This document shows, piece after piece, positions 1 through 9,600 of a stretch of 64,000 bases of DNA (the first letter of the stretch is position 1; each line of letters opens with the position of its first letter). This stretch comes from Campylobacteraceae bacterium (GTDB taxonomy: Bacteria; Campylobacterota; Campylobacteria; Campylobacterales; Sulfurovaceae). Made by a program: the position numbers and the translations under genes. Under the pieces are notes generated by a model. The model was given only the letters and a program-made list of their open reading frames with translations. It did no database searches and was not told the origin of the DNA. The DNA lies in assembly GCA_027065385.1 (NCBI GenBank), contig JAMOOP010000172.1, forward strand, positions 1,714 to 65,713. Reading direction: 5' to 3'.

Positions 1-2
1 TT

Positions 3-614
3 GGTGCTAGTACTACTATTGTAGATTATCTTATGCCACCTATAATATGTAGCTATATGAATAACTATCCTGATGTAAAGGTAGGACTTAAAGAGGGTAA
101 TACTCAACAGATAGTTGAACTCTTAAAAAATGGTAAAATAGATGTCGGATTTATAGAGGGTATTGTTCATGACCCTGAAATTATAAAAGAGATTATTGGT
201 GTTGATGAACTTGTTGTAGTCACTACTGATATTACACTTAATAGAGAAATCTTTATTGATACTATACAGAACAGAAAATGGGTATTAAGAGAAGAGGGTT
301 CTGGAACTAGAGAGGTATTTTTAGATTATATAAAAGATAAGGTTGATAATATTAATATCTTTTTAGAATTAGGACATACAGAGTCTATTAAATCACTTCT
401 TATGAACCATAACTGCATTACATGTATATCTAAAATAGCTGTTAAAAACGAAATTAAAAATAATAAACTACTTCGTGTACCACTAAAAAACTTTGAGTGT
501 AAACGAGATTTTTTAATGATTTATCACAAAGACAAATATCATAGTGAACTATTTGAAAAATTTTTATACTTTACCAAAACTATGATACGACAGATGTTAG
601 AAGAGGAGAATTAA
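3..614 (+). CDS. LysR-family transcriptional regulator (CysL/YeiE-like), substrate-binding domain; 5' end lies outside the window
   Basis: The frame is open from base 3 (GASTTIVDYLMP...). Motifs EGNT..I...L..G.IDVGFIEG, WVLREEGSGTRE and LELGHTESIK are typical of LysR substrate-binding domains. Confidence 0.9.
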   Translation, partial: GASTTIVDYLMPPIICSYMNNYPDVKVGLKEGNTQQIVELLKNGKIDVGFIEGIVHDPEIIKEIIGVDELVVVTTDITLNREIFIDTIQNRKWVLREEGSGTREVFLDYIKDKVDNINIFLELGHTESIKSLLMNHNCITCISKIAVKNEIKNNKLLRVPLKNFECKRDFLMIYHKDKYHSELFEKFLYFTKTMIRQMLEEEN

Positions 615-729
615 TTTAAATATTATCTGTTTAAATCTCATAAAATAGTTCTAATATAAGAGTTATCAAAATAGATATACTCTTAATATAGCAACTGTTT
701 TATAGAATAGTACTTAAACTTAAGTTTAA

Positions 730-837
730 TTAAAAAAAGTCTATCATACTTCTTTGTATGTAACGACGAGTTTTACATGCAAAAGATGAAGATGATTGAA
801 GTAGTATAAAGACTAAAAACGATGATATTGTTCTCAT
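730..837 (-). CDS. Possible 35-aa small secreted peptide or gene remnant (MRTISSFLVFILLQSSSSFACKTRRYIQRSMIDFF)
   Basis: AAAGGA Shine-Dalgarno just upstream of the ATG. The N-terminus resembles a signal peptide ending in SFA-C. Not in the ORF track because it is too short. Confidence 0.3.
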   Translation of the reverse strand: MRTISSFLVFILLQSSSSFACKTRRYIQRSMIDFF

Positions 838-940
838 ATTAAAATCCTTTATTTTATGTTTTATATTAAAATCTTAATATAAAATTTAGTAACAAATGTG
901 AAAAAGTGATTTTTTAGAGTAAAAGTTTTAACTTTATAAC

Positions 941-962
941 CAAATCTCTTTTTAGAGATTTG
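941..962 (-). terminator. Hairpin downstream of the LysM/BON gene
   Basis: CAAATCTCT-TTTT-AGAGATTTG perfect 9-bp stem just after the stop codon at 968. Confidence 0.6.
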
Positions 963-967
963 ATTGT

Positions 968-1447
968 TTATGCTACTACTTCAGGTATTCTAATAGTTTG
1001 CCCCTCATAAATAAGGTCTGCATCTTTAATTACTTCTAAATTAGCCTCTACAATATGTGTATATTTACTACCATCATCATAGAATTTAGTAGCAATTCCC
1101 CATAGAGTATCTCCATCTTCTATAGTATAAAAAATCTCTTCAGGTATCTCAATAGGCTCTTCTTCCTCATCAAAATTTGCATTAACCATATCCATTGTAA
1201 CAAGTTGGTCTGCATTTACTTGTGCAATTCCTTCTATATTTCCAGCAATCAATATAGCTTTTTCTCTTGAATCAAAATCTTTAGCAATACCTGCTAAAGT
1301 TACAGTATCCCCATCAACTTCAACTACAAGTCCATCAACTGGTAACTCTTCAAAACTATCTTCAATCTCTTTTTTTATAGCTTCAGAGTCATTTCCTTTT
1401 CCCAATAAACTCTTTCCAGAGTTCGATACAAAATCAAAAAATCCCAT
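968..1447 (-). CDS. BON + LysM domain protein (Kbp/YgaU-like)
   Basis: MGFFDFV N-terminus, BON motif REKAILIAGNIEGI, and C-terminal LysM YTIEDGDTLWGIA...ANLEVIKDADLIYEGQTIRIP. Confidence 0.9.
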   Translation of the reverse strand: MGFFDFVSNSGKSLLGKGNDSEAIKKEIEDSFEELPVDGLVVEVDGDTVTLAGIAKDFDSREKAILIAGNIEGIAQVNADQLVTMDMVNANFDEEEEPIEIPEEIFYTIEDGDTLWGIATKFYDDGSKYTHIVEANLEVIKDADLIYEGQTIRIPEVVA

Positions 1448-1592
1448 ATAGTTTCCTTTTAATATTAATGTTGTAGATTATTATATTATAATATACTTAA
1501 TATAAAGAAGATGATTTTTTAGTAATTAGATATTAATATAATAAAGTTTATATTTATAGTATAATAAAACTCTAAAAATTTTAAGGACAAAA

Positions 1593-2288
1593 ATGAAAAA
1601 AGTTATATTTATAATACTTAGTACGCTTATATTAATGGCTGATGGATTACCTCAAAGTATAAAAAGTACTATTAGCAATATAAGTAAAAATGGTCAAATT
1701 ACTCTATCTACTAGTGTACCAAAAGGTAGAAGTGGAATTATTGTTCATAACTATGGTAATGGACTTTTTGCTATTACACATACTGCTATAAGTCTAGGTG
1801 GTAATAGAGCTAAGATAGGAGAGTATAAAGCCTTACAACATAAAAGTCTTCCAACTATTCAAACAGAGCCACAAAAAGGAGATAGTCTGATTTTTGGAAA
1901 TCTATATAGTAATGTACTACTTATTGCACCAGATGAACAGAGTTATAGTAAAATTACAAAATCTATAAAAAATAGAGTTTGGATACACCCTGATATGTAT
2001 GCTTATTATTTAATAAATAGTGATGAGAGTAAAATAACACTAAAAAATCTAAAAAAATTTGCAATAGAGAACCAAATAGGACTAATAGCAATAGTAGCTA
2101 AAGATGGAATTAGAGTTCTTGACCCACTTAGCAGTAGATATTTAAGAAAACTGCCACTAAATATTAATATTACAAAAGCACAATCTCCTTTTTATGCTAG
2201 ATTTGAGCAGATAGATACAAATATTTTTAGTCAAGCTGATAAAAAAGAGTTCCCAGCATATTATAAAGGTATAGAGAGTATTAGATGA
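1593..2288 (+). CDS. Plasminogen-binding protein PgbA N-terminal domain family, secreted
   Basis: Signal peptide; motifs G.SGIIVH, LPT....P..GD..IFG.LY...LLIAP and WIHPD. Sits directly upstream of glcD, as in Campylobacterota. Confidence 0.7.
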   Translation: MKKVIFIILSTLILMADGLPQSIKSTISNISKNGQITLSTSVPKGRSGIIVHNYGNGLFAITHTAISLGGNRAKIGEYKALQHKSLPTIQTEPQKGDSLIFGNLYSNVLLIAPDEQSYSKITKSIKNRVWIHPDMYAYYLINSDESKITLKNLKKFAIENQIGLIAIVAKDGIRVLDPLSSRYLRKLPLNINITKAQSPFYARFEQIDTNIFSQADKKEFPAYYKGIESIR

Positions 2289-3658
2289 TAGATAAAAAAC
2301 ATTTAAATGAATTTATAAAAATAGTAGGAAAAGAGAATATATATGATGATAAGGCTCACAATATAGCATATAGTTATGATGCAACAAGAACACGATTTGA
2401 GCCTGATGCTGTTATATTTCCACGACATGAACAAGATGTAAGTGATATTTTAAAATATTGTAATAAACATAAAATTATTATTACCCCAAGAGGTGCAGGA
2501 AGTGGATTTACAGGTGGTGCTTTACCTGCTAGTGGTGGAATAATTCTTGCTATGGAAAAACACATGAATAAAATCTTAGAGATTGATACTCAAAATATGG
2601 TAGCAGTTGTTCAACCAGCTGTTATTAATATGGATTTACAAAAGCATGTAGAAAAACTTGGACTATTTTATCCACCAGACCCTGCAAGTGAAGAGTATTC
2701 AACTTTAGGTGGAAATGTAAGTGAAAATGCAGGTGGAATGAGAGCTGCAAAATATGGAATTACTAAAGATTTTGTAATGGCACTAAAAGCTGTAAGAGTT
2801 AATGGTGATATTATAAGAGCAGGAAAGAGAACTATTAAAGATGTAGCAGGATATAATATAGCAGGTATTTTAATTGCATCAGAGGGGACTTTAGCTGTTT
2901 TAACAGAACTTACTTTAAAACTTATTCCTAAACCAAAATATAAAAAGACATATATGGGAGTTTTTCCAAATGTGGATAGTGCTATGAATGCTGTATTTAA
3001 ATCTCTATCTAATGGAGCAAATCCTGTTGCTATGGAGTTTTTAGATAAACTTGTAATTGAGGCACTTATAGAAAAACTTGGTGTAAATTTACCAAAAGAT
3101 GCAGGTGGTGTTTTAGTTGGTGATGTTGATGGAAATGTTCCAGAAGAGATAGAGTTTCAATTAAAAACGCTAGAGGAGTCATTTAAAGAAAACGGTGCAA
3201 CCTCATTTATAGTAGCAAAAAATGACGAAGAGGCAAAAGAGCTTTGGTATGCAAGAAAAAATGCTTCTCAATCTATTACTATTTATGGAAATAAAAAATT
3301 AAATGAAGATATATCAGTTCCAAGGTCTATGTTACCTAATGCCTTAGAAGGAATTTATGCTATTGGAAAAAAATATGGTTTTAAAATACCATGTTTTGGA
3401 CATGCAGGAGATGGAAATATTCATGTAAATGTTATGATAGATATATCTCAAATAGATGAAGGGCATAAGTGTATAGAAGAGATATTTAAATTAGTAGTTA
3501 AAATGGGTGGAACTTTAAGTGGTGAACATGGAATAGGTACAAGTAAAGCTCCATTTATGGATATTGCATTTAATAAAGAAGAGTTACAACTATTTAAAGA
3601 TATTAAAAAGGCTTTTGACCCTAATAATATTTTAAATCCAAATAAAATGGGACTTTAA
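2285..3658 (+). CDS. glcD: FAD-linked oxidase, glycolate oxidase subunit GlcD / D-2-hydroxyacid dehydrogenase
   Basis: PRGAGSGFTGG, YPPDPAS, GGNVSENAGG, GHAGDGNIH and SGEHGIG motifs. Confidence 0.88.
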   Translation: MIDKKHLNEFIKIVGKENIYDDKAHNIAYSYDATRTRFEPDAVIFPRHEQDVSDILKYCNKHKIIITPRGAGSGFTGGALPASGGIILAMEKHMNKILEIDTQNMVAVVQPAVINMDLQKHVEKLGLFYPPDPASEEYSTLGGNVSENAGGMRAAKYGITKDFVMALKAVRVNGDIIRAGKRTIKDVAGYNIAGILIASEGTLAVLTELTLKLIPKPKYKKTYMGVFPNVDSAMNAVFKSLSNGANPVAMEFLDKLVIEALIEKLGVNLPKDAGGVLVGDVDGNVPEEIEFQLKTLEESFKENGATSFIVAKNDEEAKELWYARKNASQSITIYGNKKLNEDISVPRSMLPNALEGIYAIGKKYGFKIPCFGHAGDGNIHVNVMIDISQIDEGHKCIEEIFKLVVKMGGTLSGEHGIGTSKAPFMDIAFNKEELQLFKDIKKAFDPNNILNPNKMGL

Positions 3659-3671
3659 ATAAGTCCCATTT
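3645..3671. terminator. Bidirectional hairpin between convergent glcD and adhesin genes
   Basis: AAATGGGACTT-TAAAT-AAGTCCCATTT perfect 11-bp inverted repeat. Confidence 0.7.
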
Positions 3672-3673
3672 CT

Positions 3674-6600
3674 CTACCAAAATATTTTTTTAGCAGGTCT
3701 TGTTGTTGTTTTTATCTCAATTTGATTTCCTGATTGTCCCTCTCCTGACCATGTTGAGTTTCTATCTCTAAATGTATTTCTCCAAAACGGGATACCGTCT
3801 CTACTTGGGTCACGATTATATTTTAACCATGGACTAACTTGCATAGTTACTTCCACTTTTGCAGGGAATTTATTTCCTGCATATCCTGTTTTTACAGTTT
3901 TAATTTTTCCTAAATTATCTTTAAAATTTGGAAGATTACTAGCTTTTGGATTTACAGCACAAAGTGAATTATCTAGTGCAAATTTAACTACACCACCTTC
4001 AATATTACTATCGTGTGAGAGTGCTGTGTACCAGCCTGTTTTTGTTTTTATATTATTTAATCCATTATCTCCAACCATATTAGCACACCACGCTTTAGTG
4101 TGATTACAGAATATCAATACACTAATAGGTGTAGTACTAACTCCTTCATACTCATCAGGGTAGTTTTCCATATCTGGGGCTATTTGAGAGTAGTATAGTT
4201 TTTTACTAATATCTACTGTTCCTACTCCATAAGCTTTTTTATCTTTGTTTTTTATTTTAGATATATTAGTACTATTTACATCTAAATGGTTAAATATAAT
4301 CTCTATAGGATTTATAGGTTCACTTATGTTTTTAGTAAGATTATAGAGTATCTCTATACTACTATTTCCCTCATTTGTATCTAAAAATTGATTTGATGGT
4401 ATAGTAATATTACTATCTAAATGGCTATTTTGAACATCTGCTATATTTAGATTTACACCATTATATGAGAATACTCTTTTAAAGCCTACACTAGAACCTT
4501 TTGTTGTATTTATTTCACTATAGATTTTTTGATTATCTATACTATCTGTAGTTATATTATAATCTAGCGATAGTGTAACATCTGTAGCCTCGCCACTTGT
4601 TGTAAAGTTTGTAAGTTTAGTACCATTTTTTCCAATAGCTGTAATAGAAGCTCTTATATCTATTCCCATATTTAAGCTCTTTTCTAAATCTCCCATATAT
4701 ATATAATCTTTTCCACTATTTGGTCTATTTAAAACTACTGCATCTACTCTAAATGAGTATGGGTGAAACTTTATACTAAGTTCATGGAGATTATCTAAAC
4801 TACTGCTTGATATATTACAACCTGATTTCTCTTCTCCACTATTAGATATAGCACTACTATTTAAAATACAAGCACCTCTTGCTCCATCTTCCCTACTCCA
4901 ACTACTATCTTCCACTCTTAATAGATACTCTCCTACATTATTATGAGATATACTATTTATAAGTTGACCATTAGTAAATATATAGTTGGTTATTTTTGGA
5001 CTATGTTTATCTACTGAACCTGATTTTCCATTAAAGATAAGTGTGACATTTAAATCTCCACTTGTTGTTGTATATCCTTTTGTTATGGAGTTATTTGTAT
5101 CTTTTGCTATGGCTTTGGCTTTTATTCTATAACTATACTCTGAAGCTAAATCTAAAGGTTTACTACTACTATCTTTACTATCTCTATATGTAATAGTTTT
5201 ATTATCCTCATCTATATCTTCTATAGCTATTTTATATCCAGCAGGTCGTATAGAGAAGTGACTACTTGCCTCTTGTGTAATTTCACTATACCCTACTCTA
5301 TTTGCTATATTTTCATAACTATCTTTATTGGCATAGTTTCCATGCACAATAGTTCCATTTTCATCTTTTAAGAAAGATACTTTAAAACTAGCATCTTTTG
5401 TAGCTTGTAAAATAGCTAAATCATTATCTATCCTAACATCAACTCTATCTCCATTTTCTATATAGTTATATCCTATATATAGGGCTTTTCCACTACTATT
5501 ATCTATTAAATCAACTTTAAAAGTTATATTCTCTATGCTACTTTGAGATACTACAGAGTAATCAAAATCTCGTCCTGCTATTTGAGTATATATTAAATCA
5601 TCATCAATATTAGTAGCCCCACTTCTAATAACTTTAAATTTCATATCATCATTTAAAATAAGTCCAACTCCTCTACTTTTCCCCATCATACAGAAGTTTT
5701 GAGGGAACATTTGAGGGAAATATATATCTACAAAGAACTCTTCATCTTTTTCTATATTCTCATCTCCATAAACAGGTACACTAATAGTCATCTCTCTTTG
5801 ATCAGAAAAAACATTCATATTCATTCCAATTCCATTACCACCTTTAAAATCATGGTCACTTTGAGTTGCTATTCCATGAGGAGGTGTAATATCATTTCCA
5901 TTTCCATCTATTACTTTATAGAAAAACATAACAGGCATACCCATAGGTATCATTGGTAAATCGGCATCAATAGATATTTTAAAATTAAAATTACTCTCAT
6001 CACTATCACCCTCTGCTTGAGTTACATCACCTATAGATAATCTAGGCATTCTAGGAGGTAAAATAAAAGAGGCATCTGGACAACTTGTTCCATCATTATA
6101 GTAACTAAGTTCAGGTGTTGCATTTATCCAATAACTTTTACCAGTTTCAGGGATTAGTTCATACATTCCTTTATTATTAGCAATAGCTATTACTTTTCCA
6201 CTATTATCTGCAAATATTAGGCTAATATAAGAGTTAATATCACTAACATTATCTCCTAAGACAGTTATATCTCCACTACTTTTATTGATTTTTACAAATT
6301 TATCATTAATAAAATCATCTCCACCACTCTTTACTAACATTGCGTAAAAGTATTGGTCTGTTGTATCTATTGCCATATCCCAAAATTTTACAGCACTAGA
6401 TAAGGTAATAGTCTTTATAACTTTTTTTTGTGCAATATCAATTTTATAGATTTTATTATCACTATCACCATTACCAGTTACATAATAATAACCATCTCTA
6501 TCAAACTCACCTGCATATAGTTGAGTATCAGAGAGACCACTAACTACACCTAAATTTTTAATATTTGCATTTTTATCAATTTTAAGTAGTTCATTTCCAT

Positions 6601-9600
6601 AAAGAGCATATATAAAGTTATCTTTTACATTATACCCAATAGCATTATATCCTCCATCTCCACTAGCAAATCCATCACCAAAAGGCACAAAGGCAGGAGT
6701 CATTGCATAAAAACTATGTAACCAAGTAGCCCCACTATCTCCACTACCCGTTCCAAGTTCTGTTCTATTAGATAGATATAACTTATCGCTACAACTAAAT
6801 GGCTCTAAATTACCATGAATATTAATCTTATAATCTTCAACCTCTCCATCTATTGCTGAACCAGTGGGAGCTAAATCTTGTTGATAACTATATCTAAATC
6901 TAGCATAAGTAGTTATATCTATAGCACTACTTGGAGCAGTAGCTGTAAATATAATCTCACCACTGCTACCATCTAAATTTGTAGCTATTTGTTCATTTAC
7001 ATCATTAAAATCACCATCACCATTCCAATCTATCCATGCACTTAAAAAACCATCTCCATGAGTTGTAACTTTAAATGTATTGGTTACTCCTGCATCAATA
7101 ACCTTATCTTGAAGTGGACTATTATTAACTTTTACTCCATTATCACTCTCATCTAAATTTGCATTAGTTGATGGCTTTCCATTATTTTCACTACTTACTC
7201 CACTACCCATATATACAGTAGGTTCACCATAAGTAGGCAAAGAGTGTCTAGCTCCATTACTCTCTAGGGTTGTTGGATAGTTATTTGGTAAATCTCCAAA
7301 ATCAAATTTAAACTCTGCATCTGTACACATTGCACCATCATTTAAGCTAACTATATTTGCATTTGCAAAAAGTACAGCTTTTGCGGAATTAGCTACATCA
7401 ATTCTATATATATTTCCTGTATGGTTATCATATACATAATAGAACCCATTAGCATCAAAGAAACTAGCTCCGAAACCTCTATCTCCTGTAAGAAGTGTAT
7501 TATCTCTTGAAAGTTTATGTCCAGTTAATGGGTCTATCTTATATAGAAACTTATTTGTACTTCCATTATTAACAGCATATAGCATATTATCTCTTGCATT
7601 AAATCCCCAATCTGCTGTATTTAAATCAAAATCTAAATAGAAATCTTTTATCTTTTTAAGATAATTTGATGAACTTGGGTCAAGGTCAATTACTACTACT
7701 CTTCTACTACCACCACTCTCTTTTAAGTAGAGATGTCCACTACTGTCTATATCTCCAACATAAGATTTAAATCCAGCTAAACCTTCTACTAAAAAATCTT
7801 CTGATACCCACTCACCTTGTGAGTTCATTCCAATTCTTGTAACTGTACCATTTTGCTTTGTATAGTTATATCCCCAAAAATAGCCATCTTTTTTATTAAA
7901 TCCTAAAGCATTAATATTATCATTAGATATATCATCTTTAACAGATGTCATCTCTCCATTAGCTAAGTTTAAAACATTAATATCTGTAGGTCTGTTTTGA
8001 AACATAAAAGCACTCATAATACAACCAACAGGAGAAGCTCCACTACATTCAACCTCATCTCTTTTGGTATTATCCCAATTTTTGCCATTTCTCTCTCGTT
8101 CTCTAAATTGGTTTATAGTTTTTGCTCTAATTTGATTTTTAAAAATTTTAAGCTCATCTATATATCCATCAAAGTAGTTATCTATATGTATAGATGCACC
8201 AATAGTTATAGGACTTCCCACAGCTTGGTCAATATTGGACGCTCCACTCCAAGTTGTACTATTTGTATAGTTCTTATCATCAATTATTACAGTTACCTCT
8301 CCATCTTTATAGCTTACTCCTATAAAGTGCCAACTATTAGTTGTAATATCTCCTGCCTCTCCAAAATCTGCATATTTATCTTTATTTAAAGTATCAAGAT
8401 ATAGATGAATAGTTCCATTACTATTAATACCTATCTCTATATTATCATTTTTACTATCAGAAGCTTTAGCAAAAAAGGTATTTGCTGTATTATGGTTTGT
8501 TTTAGCTGTTATTAATGAAGTAGGATAGACCCAAGTTGTAATCGTAAATGCACTACTACTATTACCAAAAATATTATCTAATCCATTTTCACCTTCTGTA
8601 TATTGGTGTTGTTCTCTTTTAAACTCTCCACTTCTATTAATTTTTGCTATATCATCTTTTGTAGTTAATCCATTCTTTATTTGATGTTTATATTTATGTT
8701 CACTATTATCTTTTATCTCACTATTTAAATCAAAAGGACACTCATCAAAACGGTACTCTGCTATTAGTTCAGGAGTCTCTTCATCATCATCATTAACAAT
8801 AGTAGCAATAGCTGTTTTATTATCTTCATCTAATGAGGCGTGTTGAGGAGATAGAAGTTCAATTTTAAATGTCTCATCATCTTCTATTTTAGTATCTCCA
8901 TTAATTCTAAAAGATATAATCTTCTCTTTTTCCCCCTCTGCAAAATATATAGAACTACTACCTCTACTAAAATCTTCACCCTCATTAGCTGTAATATTAT
9001 GTGGTTGAATTTGAACAGAAATACCACCATTTGGAGCAGGGTCACTTAAGAGTATTTTAAAATCTAAAGGTTTTGTTCCACTATCTCCCTCTGTAATATT
9101 TACATCTCCTGCAATAGATATAAAAATCTCTCTATCATCATTAATAATCGTTCCAACCATAGATGAGCTATCAACAATAGCATTTCTAGCATCTACTATA
9201 TTAATAGAAAATGTTTCATTATTTTCAACTATTAAATCACCTTTTATATAAATAGAGATAGTAGCAGAAGTTGCACCTTTTAAAATTACTCCTGATAGAT
9301 TACTATCTAGCGTATAATCCTCTCCTAATTTACTATTAATATCTGTAACTTTATAGGTAAACTCTATATTTTCTACAGCAGGTTTATCAAGGGTTACTAA
9401 AAAGTTTAATGTACTACTACTAATATTCCCCTCAATAATAGAGCTATCACTATCTATTTTTATAGTTGGATAATCTATAGCTATCTGTGTACCATTACAA
9501 GAAAGCCCCTCTATATCTCCGTGAGCGTTTGTAATTGCTGATGGAATTAACTCTCCTGTATCTAAATTTACCATATAAAGTCTTTTTCCATCTAAATCAT

